Virus record (IMG/VR): IMGVR_UViG_3300008117_000049
Span: 71,337 to 135,336 of that record
DNA: 64,000 bases
Direction: 5' to 3' (one strand)
DNA from: a virus
Positions 48,801 through 55,800 of this stretch are shown here, in pieces. The position numbers were made by a program, and so were the translations under genes. The notes under the pieces were generated by a model. It did no database searches. It saw only the letters and a list, made by a program, of their open reading frames with translations, and was not told the DNA's origin. Each line of letters starts with the position of its first letter. Within the stretch, counting starts at the first letter, position 1.

Positions 48801-51800
48801 GCAAATGGATGACATTATTGACCGTCTTGAGGCTAACCGTCTATATCCAGGCGTGAATGTTATTCCTTATGTTTCTAAAGACAACAAAACTATTGTTCGT
48901 GTTGGCGACAGGGTTGTTCATTACAATGCCGATGGAACTCCAAAACTTATGGCTAACGGTCAACCAAGAACTGGTACCGTAGTTAGGCGTGTTCCATACA
49001 CTCTAAATGTTAAACCAAGTGGGCAGTATGAGTACACTGACCAAACATTTGTTCAATGGGATGATACCAGCAGACCACATCAGGCTGCCCCACGCCGTCT
49101 AGAAGTTACTAGAAGAGCCGACGGAACTGACCCAATTCCAGCGGTTCAAGACAGCGGTTCTACTCCACCGTCTCCGTCAATTGACGCTCTTCCAGTGCAA
49201 CCTAAGAGAGTTGTTCCTAGGCCAGTTGCCCCAAGCCGCCGTATTCCTCCAATTCGTGAACCAGAACAAATCACCGAAAGCCTTATCGTTCAAAAAATGG
49301 GGCAGTTCACTGGCCAACTGCCTGATAACTACACTCTAGACCGCAGTGATGCAATTGATAGTGCAAATCTTGGTGGTCGTTCACCTATAGTTCTTACTGA
49401 ATTAACTAGTGACGGAGAATTTATAGTAGGTCGCGTATATCAAGACGGTTCTTCAATCGTACAAGAAATACGAGAAAACGGTCAAGCAGTGTCTAGAAGA
49501 GTTGCTAGAGACCTAGACGATGCTTTAGAAGGACTTGTACTTCACGCTATAACCCAGCCATTTAGAAGAGATGACAACGAATCTTCAGATTCTAGTGGTG
49601 GCTCTTCACCCGACGATGCTGGCGGCGGTGTCCCAACTCCACCTAACAATCCACCTGCTGGTGACGGTGAAGAAGCAGAGTCTTCTGCCCCTGGGCTAGA
49701 CCTATCTCGTGGTAGAAACGGTCAATCACCGCAAGGAGTTCTTCGTTTTATCAACGGAACTATTCCTAAAGTCAACACATTTTGGGATGACGATTATCCA
49801 CCTACTCGGTATCAAGTTGTTAGGGATGAAAACCGCACTAGATTCCTTGGAATTGGTGGCGACAACCCCGGTGCTGAAGCGTTTATAAAAGTTGAAAGAA
49901 CTCCAGAAGGAAACTGGAAAGTAGTTGACCCTAGAAGGCGTAGGGATAACAACGGAAACTATATAGACCCAGACCCATACCCTGCTCAGTATGGTGACCG
50001 TAATCTAGCCGAAGCAATTGCTATCAACGACATGACTGGCAACAATGAAAATAACAGAGAACTTCTTGAAGCACCAGAAACTCCTGCTCAAAATGCTCCT
50101 GCGGTTCCGTCTAACCAAGTTCCGTCTGACCAAGAACTTATGGATACTGACCCCGCTATAAGAAACTTTGTAAATAGAGGTAGAGTCAATAACTCTAGAA
50201 GACTGCTCACCAATGGTACAGAAGTTACAGCCTATGATGCTGATAATGAGATAGCCTCTATTCAAGCACCTGGGCCAGACGGACAATATATAGTCACCGA
50301 CTTTAGAAACGGCAATGTATCTGGTTTCTCTAATAGGTTTGAGGCAATAGTTCAGTTTGGAAACATACTGCAAAGTTATGATGACCAGCAAGGGTTTAAC
50401 CAAGTAAATCTTGATTCTACGCCACAACGAGTCCCTGAAATAGACTTACCTTGGAATGACAAGAGAAACGAAGTTCAGCCTCTAGAAATTAGTGCAATTC
50501 GTAGTTTTGAAGTTATTATGGACCCTAACGGTGATGGCAACCTCGCCCCAGTAAAAGTACAAATAAATAGAAATCCTGATAGTACTACATTCTTTGTTGG
50601 AGACCCAATCTCACAAGACTCAGATTTGAATGTTATAAAATACACTGCTGGCTGGGGAGTAGACGGAATAACATCAAATTCTGGTGAAGTAAAAATCTTT
50701 GCTAGCAGAGACGAAGCCGAAGCAGCAGCATTAAATGCATTCCGTGACTTCTATAGTGATATTAGGGAACGATATGTGGCACAGGGAGGTAATAGAAATA
50801 ACGCTCCAGCAGTTCCAGCAGTTCCAGCAACTCCTACTGGACCATCAAACGGTGGAAACGGTGACACCCCACCTACCAACAACCCACCAGTTCCACCTGC
50901 TCAGACACCAGTTCCACCTGCTCAGGAGCCAGCAGACGCAGTGGAGCCAGAAATTCCGCAAGGTAGACCTAGAGTAAATACAGTAAAACCTGGCGATAGG
51001 TATATCAAAACTCGTTCAAGAAGAGACCCTAATGGCGGTCCTCAAACTTTGTTTGATATTTATGACAGAAAAACTAGAAAAATTATTGCTAATGCCAGAA
51101 CTTGGCAAGAAGCAAATGACATTGTAAATGGTATTCGTGACCTAAAAGGAAAGTTGATAGATTACCAAACCCCTATTCAACCTAGAGACAGACTTGCGCC
51201 AAGCGCTACTAAACCTCAAGGCTATAAGAGAGTTGCTAACGGCAATGGTTATTATCTAGAAAATCCTAATGACCCAGATGGACCAGTTGTAAGAGTTGAT
51301 TGGAATGAAGATTCAGAAGACTGGGTTGGCGCACTTTATGCAAATAAAGCAGATGCTACTGCTACAATAAATCCAATGGAAGAGTTCTTTGACTCATCTC
51401 AAGACAGTATTTACAACAAGGCAAATCTATCTATTCAAAAAGAACTAGATAGAAGAAACCCCCCAGCACCGCAACCGCAAGCACAAACGCAACCGCAAGC
51501 AAATACTGGAACTAAAACAAACCTTGGAAATGACATATTCTCAGTTCATAATGAAAACGAAGAATATGGAATTGCTATCAAGGGTGCTGATGGCAAGTGG
51601 GCTGTTAGAGTTCACGAAAACGGTATAGATGCTATGAATAACACTAACCCAATTTCCACTGGCTCTTATGACACTCCAGAAGAAGCGGAAGCCGCTATTC
51701 GCCAAGCAATCGCTGAGCGTAAAGCACAGAGAAACGCCTCCAACATTCTTCAGTGGCAGTCCGCTTCAGACGGAAAGGCTTACTTAGGTCTTGAAGGAGT

Positions 51801-52158
51801 TCCAGGTAGAGACGCTGACAATTCTCCAATTATTGGTATTAGCCCATCACCTTTTGGAAATAGTTGGATTAGTGCTGGTTGGAATAGAAAAGCAGATAGA
51901 GATGCTGGGCTACCGCCAGCCGTAGTTAATCAACACGAAAACGAAGAAGCCGCAAAAGATTACGGACAAGAAATGATGCGGAGACTTGGTGAATTATTAG
52001 GTGTAAGACAAGTTGACCCAACAATTCAAGAAAATCCAAGTGCTGGTGGAGAGCAACTGCCGCCTGGAGTAACTTTACAGGACCAAGTTGATGCTGGATT
52101 AACTACCCCGTTAAATCCAGACGCTCCGCTACCCGGAACAAACACGCCTAACCAATAA
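39832..52158 (+). CDS. 4108-aa polyvalent head-module protein with ParB-like, GNAT-like, PI3/4-kinase/HipA-like and Nudix-like domains
   Basis: PIVISRDGYVLDGHHRW; HALGLASA..HSSNLSARG; FKVK..ESL..DYWLGNQD..RCDVGG; degenerate Nudix box GGAYKEHE..AQEILNERFGV. Confidence 0.75.
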   Translation: MTYYNSFGIEFECDETQEGLVAAGNRWTSGGNSTLARRARVALQRRDRYGRWAEMGGGISFPGRLGNGTIEKFVGRYVGPAERPDYMRVYVTEARRPGIYEVPSRVATVAKALLSKEALKDVGVNLDVNGNRVGEILDRDIEFIDQMWKGNKPTDFELSMARGEVSKPEKRVIEKARLRAPKHKSYNIVDEKGNRIDKDEEPAKPDVKKPSKKAKPAEKFPVPDTSQWDEKRQSNDVWYEKDGKRIPDERLTEADKTPENKRIYIREGEKGENDKIIDGNGNLIEFKPSLKPESSPIPEKLPEHDPEEGFWNKARVRREEVRKNLKTPQEIYEELYNGGFAEADLDKAIAACDYALSQQKYLGRDENPLYASNPDDPRLRHIANLLESLPEWQEYRIKRAINLRFMNEENIDELKAWVDGKIEPGSPLSPEDMVELHRKFRNLAVDITNLRISGEDAFSNDNLGAERINMPQLDEKNLPLFLRDMARIGVGHRYTRMMPDQLHPVQMEMDMGDIAKIAESWKDIELFNKFNPHENPIVISRDGYVLDGHHRWAAAWLAQKRGDKLALKGLKVVQLDIDHEQALTIANEWNDYAGIRRITVGGKDVREPRPQAPAVPQATSKITSPSATPDLPRVSPQPDLVVNYAPSDDNLSTPSGENFKSFLDRELANVGDKIIPDFGDRLTEDTPNPEDRNSPFPGSRTVVNNLLKYRDSMIKAMKESALDQDQEKFRYQFEIAKRVTKLLNQIHENFSNNKNYAADTELSISTSNPEEKLKTVRVLPNTVRYGTDNNGIRKVQYFEAIIIAKNGKPYMVKWTPDHSHAHSIDKNGIVNDSNDGGGISFNGGQMYDEIVDGKPVPRIASVGGAFTNDGHHALGLASAHINLIRWVQSMFGGRLKHSSNLSARGNPYSKMVSRDMRWHDRSQADKAVHMSCPNATIFKVLKDMGLISGEYIPATPGAKQDDDTPGGYGAHSGGRGWLRRLTFTNNSGYSSNVSVLTSYSINDEVRAYDGEFLRKTPEEQQAILDAMPPIFRDFFAGDRSRDSIGRTADFDVQYKILETAYADGMKQQEAVDFLDSLITGLPELDRAFGRNADHRELLRRLKQLRDGISIGFWNQSDNNYNRPKSFDPNSIRAIESPFAGYFKFNDWVLPRDVNRVLNDLPFSARPHRGGWSKPDGWTEEPQALKDLYGPEILLASLRDALLNKKGKSAKLPDINGEENTVDPTAVYKALENNGYDTELILAGIYDELNGNSVNTEKLLAKRQELGNLQGIIEEITNEIADVKAPIEFSRIGGEYDSESKVLQSDLVRRGETGEIPTALQLRPLSLDNEAYDYLGPTGARTQVILSQHHTPEISMSRYYIDGVSDNPKVIARNFNPTGLRNALIDSVTKNNYAVKLRYPNGQTIDVPNNAIRDALQYQGYDINTVLREEPSLKPKLKRISSVSDRENADGNGTRISEWAIYNSSGEEIRLNGPGIRQKRNDTTGEHEWDVVDLSSPQDNRTIVAKLAKVKKNDEGNYEVWVANRADNKTDEFSGEPSGVYETLQEALYDVKNHISDDANIDASTNLLGQGRAPTVSNGFAIVGGANDEAEVTVGDLTLQRPDGAESFVVFSNGAGTGRFRRISTARIENNTIGTVYTAETYSVGEDGGKIEAFDLVRKSFIGSDPVRKQRIYEIAKTNRGFELTTHKYHPDEGGVTRTETLVFDNYEDAKDYANKKLLAGHIGLPGEKVFPNLSVRQERVPASADLSNQNIFQDNSSIQINTPVKMTDGVKGLLKINVKKGAHPTWRNGEDNQQYVFAEFSFGNEPDEPLITGKITRTGVRQWVTVSSTNSPSFKEHAISSILRNGTFFANSKEEAFESLKYRLEESFGITNQQRADGQSVLPRIRLVNRAVKLEPPPPPPAPEDKSLFADGVFDDFLRVRNTPLDITGAEDKGGMGLGQSGSRKYELPDGRKFKVKDEGARKAASESLNHALHLALGIPATEARTGKAPGTTHAVNVIDPFEPDIVSGRRNGHMPGQDLFKDSEFDKPENQQAIADIQEGLIIDYWLGNQDFVLNTGNSFVAVRDGVRRGVRCDVGGGMFTAIRQQLINNFADGNDAVEEFIHYCGDFMNSGRVNKSSESGHMRRGLTKEKMLDIARRTLLRYTDDKIDRIVDAHITDPNDNALAKQGLKARRLAMLNYLGIDHNETPPTRQAPAVQAPRVQPPTANVPGGTPNELPNGANGAVPVVGINPAGKPIVGLPGELQSNGLWVMPLEAITPDIANAIARGEVVPENLPLHAVDSTNPENSIVIDGSGVLRPASALNHGYTTVIARRKDANGNYQYLLVKPDGDNTPFGRANRDRFGGAYKEHERFDVRPSAQEILNERFGVEAENKVVATQEILRSVPGLDGVHRVIIADIADFDMSISQPHPTQGYALSRRWAIWSQNPYGDQGDDNFIPLDATERERLVSKARRWENTNPAPAGNQPPSGGDSNGGDDGSGPSNPSNGGGGTTPPMSGSDDDWQPFSRFTAISALPGMPEMEFEFNIYRRRDGAVKVVSEFDNLLGHVKPLEHGYWVATLMPDKIGTNNNVGAEKAFFRNKSDAENWLSRRIYNQVGVREDARRRFTDHPTDTTFFPDVQPPFVVERGYLNPTTDAQSRLAKRLVKNKQATAEERAMYKAILSQRNPTVGDVGWIIGQLKDREDRDIAEIQASDQAELDAFNAGNPIQESSLENAGDGANRRHAVRAGDLEVGHRILGNINADVVFTVPGENDTVNIGVVGDDGQLKIYKVGRNRVLDCIYGRQAQQAPAQQPAAQGLAVRRRRNELIQDEIRRAYPNAYTLPNGDIIIGKRDHRMADGRVFRYEAVVHKLKSDEFVGYVRRQELGADRAPTGPSEAAYLTTPAHSATALKNRLRKRVVPALTAANPANGFNQVGDVQPEVTDPSTGLLLPETLVNLQKRFIGTTGIEKTGHPAKDALIEYVQTLVARGISAPEIINQVTGPNQRLFSRAQMDDIIDRLEANRLYPGVNVIPYVSKDNKTIVRVGDRVVHYNADGTPKLMANGQPRTGTVVRRVPYTLNVKPSGQYEYTDQTFVQWDDTSRPHQAAPRRLEVTRRADGTDPIPAVQDSGSTPPSPSIDALPVQPKRVVPRPVAPSRRIPPIREPEQITESLIVQKMGQFTGQLPDNYTLDRSDAIDSANLGGRSPIVLTELTSDGEFIVGRVYQDGSSIVQEIRENGQAVSRRVARDLDDALEGLVLHAITQPFRRDDNESSDSSGGSSPDDAGGGVPTPPNNPPAGDGEEAESSAPGLDLSRGRNGQSPQGVLRFINGTIPKVNTFWDDDYPPTRYQVVRDENRTRFLGIGGDNPGAEAFIKVERTPEGNWKVVDPRRRRDNNGNYIDPDPYPAQYGDRNLAEAIAINDMTGNNENNRELLEAPETPAQNAPAVPSNQVPSDQELMDTDPAIRNFVNRGRVNNSRRLLTNGTEVTAYDADNEIASIQAPGPDGQYIVTDFRNGNVSGFSNRFEAIVQFGNILQSYDDQQGFNQVNLDSTPQRVPEIDLPWNDKRNEVQPLEISAIRSFEVIMDPNGDGNLAPVKVQINRNPDSTTFFVGDPISQDSDLNVIKYTAGWGVDGITSNSGEVKIFASRDEAEAAALNAFRDFYSDIRERYVAQGGNRNNAPAVPAVPATPTGPSNGGNGDTPPTNNPPVPPAQTPVPPAQEPADAVEPEIPQGRPRVNTVKPGDRYIKTRSRRDPNGGPQTLFDIYDRKTRKIIANARTWQEANDIVNGIRDLKGKLIDYQTPIQPRDRLAPSATKPQGYKRVANGNGYYLENPNDPDGPVVRVDWNEDSEDWVGALYANKADATATINPMEEFFDSSQDSIYNKANLSIQKELDRRNPPAPQPQAQTQPQANTGTKTNLGNDIFSVHNENEEYGIAIKGADGKWAVRVHENGIDAMNNTNPISTGSYDTPEEAEAAIRQAIAERKAQRNASNILQWQSASDGKAYLGLEGVPGRDADNSPIIGISPSPFGNSWISAGWNRKADRDAGLPPAVVNQHENEEAAKDYGQEMMRRLGELLGVRQVDPTIQENPSAGGEQLPPGVTLQDQVDAGLTTPLNPDAPLPGTNTPNQ

Positions 52159-52200
52159 TGAGATAAACTTTATTGTAGAAGTATCTTTGGAGATATAAAT

Positions 52201-52887
52201 ATGCCACAAAACCCTGAGTTCACTCTCAACTCAGACACACTTGGAGTTGTCTATAAAGACACTGGTGTGCTTGAGGCGTATGACTCTGTTGAAGCCGAAA
52301 CCCCTAGCGAAACTCACGCTATTATTGGGGCTTATTATGAGCCATCTGGTCAATACAAAGGTTTGTATTTTGTTCTACCAGAGGGCGAAATAAAGTATTT
52401 TGACATAGATGTAGTAAAACTAGGCAGTCAAAACGACGGTGCTTACATAACTTTTGAGGGTGATGGAAAGTTTTGGCTAATTAGAGGTTTAGAGCAAGAA
52501 GACGGTCTCTGGCTTTCTAAATACAAGATGGAACTTCCTACCGAAGTTTTACAGCAACTTATAGTTGGTAGGTCAAAGCCAGCACTTACCAAATATCTTG
52601 GCGTAAATATTCCAGACACTTTACCTGAATTTGAAACTTTGCTTGTTTATTTTTCTGAGGCATCTAAAAACATTTTTGCTTTGAACTATATGTCTTCTAT
52701 AGGTAATTACACTCGCCTTGACTACGATTGGGAGAGTAGTGAAGTATCTTATGACTACTATGAAGACCTAGCAGTTGCTGAAATAGACCCAGAAAAAGCC
52801 AATGAATTGTTGAAAAAATTTGACGATGCAGATGGTCTATTTCCAGTTCGAGAAATTCTAAAAACTTATGAAGTTGGTGGTAAGTAA
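52201..52887 (+). CDS. Hypothetical acidic protein
   Basis: RBS ggag; 228 aa; coupled to the next gene. Confidence 0.8.
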   Translation: MPQNPEFTLNSDTLGVVYKDTGVLEAYDSVEAETPSETHAIIGAYYEPSGQYKGLYFVLPEGEIKYFDIDVVKLGSQNDGAYITFEGDGKFWLIRGLEQEDGLWLSKYKMELPTEVLQQLIVGRSKPALTKYLGVNIPDTLPEFETLLVYFSEASKNIFALNYMSSIGNYTRLDYDWESSEVSYDYYEDLAVAEIDPEKANELLKKFDDADGLFPVREILKTYEVGGK

Positions 52888-55800
52888 TGTTATCTAAATG
52901 TTTAGGTATAGATAAAAACAGTATTGCCTACTATGGAAACTCTGAAAGATATGTTGCTATCAACACCGTTTTTAATGCCGTAGTTGAGCACGGAACTGTT
53001 ACAAAAGAAGTTCAGCAAAAAATAGACTCTCTAAACCCGCCAGTTGCTTTGCCAATTGAAACGATAGAACTTGCTATATCTGCCTTATCCGCTACAAAAG
53101 AAGATACCGAAACTTTGTTAGCGTCTGCTCGTTTATACACCATACCAGCAGGTGTAAAAGCAGAGGCTAAAAAAGCACTTGAGTGGCGTAAAGAAGAAAA
53201 GCGTGGCGGAACTCCTGTAGGTCTAAACACTGCTCGCACTCTTGCCCGTGGTGGACAGATTGGCATTGAAAAAGTTCGTCATATCGCCAAGTATTTCCCT
53301 CGCCACGAAGTAGATAAAAAAGGTAAAGGCTGGGAGCCCGGAGAAGATAACTTTCCTAGCAACGGAAGAATAGCCTGGGCGCTTTGGGGCGGAGACGCTG
53401 CTTGGCGTTGGGCCCGTGCAATTGTTGAGCGTGAAAACAAAAAGGCTCTAAAAGCAGACGCTGGTTATTCAGAAATTATTTCGGCTGATTTATCTCCAAT
53501 TGAAGACGCTTTTAGGATGGATGACAGTATTGCTCCAGACTTTTTGGCTCGTGTTCGTCTTGACGGCTCTGGCATTGACCGCATTTACAAAATTGATTTA
53601 GACGGAAAAGTTTATGCGTGGGATGACGGAACTTGGGATGATTTAGGCCACGCAGAAAATGGCGACATTTGGACTTATGACAAGGCTTTAGATGACCCCT
53701 ACGACACCGTGGAAAAAACACATGTTCAGATTGACCCTGAGTCAGCAATTATTATTTGTGCTCGTTTAAATACTGACCCGTTCAGAAATATTTCTATTGA
53801 TGAAATAGATGAAGAAGAGGCTAGCCTAGCGGCGGAGGCTGCTTCCGAAGAGGACTGGGACTTTATTGACAAAGTTATTACCGCTGCTGGAGAGGGAGGT
53901 GGTGTCGTTGATAAAGACGGAAACTACACTCCACAAGAGCGTTCTCAAAATGCTTCTAAGCAACTAAGAGACGGTGGCGGAAGATTTGCTACTCAAGGTA
54001 AAAATGTTTCAGTAAAAGGTCAGGGTAATGGAATTATTACCAATGTTGACCAAGGTTCTGGAAATGTTACCGTAAAGATGGAAAACGGTCAGTCCGTAGT
54101 AGTCCCAGCAAAAGACACTAAGCAGGTAGAAGAAGAAGACATTGCTTCTCCAGTCGGTCCTTATAGTGGCTCAGAAATACAAAAACCGCTAGATGTTTCT
54201 GGAATTTTAGGCGAGCCTAGAACTCCACAAAATATGCCAAAAGCAAGACTAAAAGACACTTATCCACCTTTAGGTAGAGATGACCTACACAAACTTCTTG
54301 GTGATTTCCCTGCTTGGGTTAGAGAGCAAAGAGCACAGTTCAAAGGAACTCCTCAACACCCAGATTCAAATTTTGCTTTAGATGATGAATTTGACAATGC
54401 TTCAGAAGATTTAGAATCTGAAGAAAAATCAGAAACAAAAATGGGTAGGCCAAGAAAGCCAAAAGTAAACCCAAAGGTACATCACCCGCTTCTTCGTCAG
54501 TGGGAAAAAAGCATAAGCCCAGAGACTCCAAATCCGTCTGATAGCAACCCAGAGGATGCTTGGGCAAAGCCAGTAACGGCTGCTGGAAAAGCAAAAGGCT
54601 CTGATGTCCAGCCAGTTTATTTGGCTATTGTTTCTCCAGACGACCCTCGTGCTGTTATGGATTGCGTTGCTGTAGTTCCAGCAAGTGAAACTTCTAATCA
54701 ACCTATGACTTATGTTCGTAGAAACAAAAAATGGGAGAGAGACCCTAAGTTTTTAGAAGACTTAAAATCGGCAACTCCACCACCAGTTGTTCCGCTAAAG
54801 CCAGAAGTTTTGAACGATGTCCTAATTCAAATTGATGGGCTAACCGCTAGCATTGCTTATAGTAGAGACCTTGAACTAATGGTTCTTTTTGGTCCTAGAG
54901 TTGAAATTATTGAAGAGTTTAGCGAACTAGAAAGTTTGTTTGCTGCTGGCGGTTTGGATAGAAACCGAGGCAACGCTGAAAAACTCCGTCATTATTGGAC
55001 CCGTGGCAAGGGTGCTGCGAAAATTCGTTGGGGTCAGCCTGGCGACTGGACTCGTTGTGTTCGCCACTTATCTAAGTATCTTGGAGTTCGTGCTAAGGGC
55101 TATTGCCAACTTAGACACAAAGAAGCAACTGGTATGTACACTGCTACTCACGCTAAGCGTGATAGAGAAAATAGCGTTCAAGAATTTTTACTTGAAGAAG
55201 TAATTACTAAAAATTATGGTGAGCCAACCCATGTAACTGACAGGGATATGCTTACTCCAATTGGTGAAATTGTTAGGGACACAAAAGATAATCTTTATGA
55301 TTCTGAGTGGAACCCGCCACTAGAAATAGTTGAAGCACTTAGCGAACTGTCTAGATGTAGCGACCAAGAGTATGATGCTTTAGTTGCCGCTGGTGGTTTA
55401 GATAGAAACAGGCGTAAAGCAGAAAAATTGCGTCGTTATTGGACTATTGGTCGTGGTGGCCGTCGCAAGATTAAATGGAACACTGGTGGAGACTGGACCC
55501 GTTGTGTCAAGCACCTTGCTAAATATTTAGGTCCTCGTGCTAAGGGATATTGCGCTCTACGCCACAAGGAAATGACTGGTATGTGGACTGGAGATAAAGA
55601 ACATATCCAGCGTTACGGCGGAAAACGAAGTAGAGGTAGAAATTTCTTTAGCAACGATGTAATCAATTCTTCTGAAGAAATACTAAAAATTACTTATTTG
55701 ACAGCAGAAAAAAATGATTTGTCAAACAAAATGGCTTTGGTTGCTTCTTCTATTCCTGGATTAGTAAAATCAATGCCACTTAGGGAAAATAGCGATGGTG

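Noticed and set aside
39832-52158. Giant ORFs as tape measure, tail fibre or intein-containing proteins
   Set aside because: They lie in the head module, lack tape-measure periodicity and fibre repeats, and show no intein splice motifs
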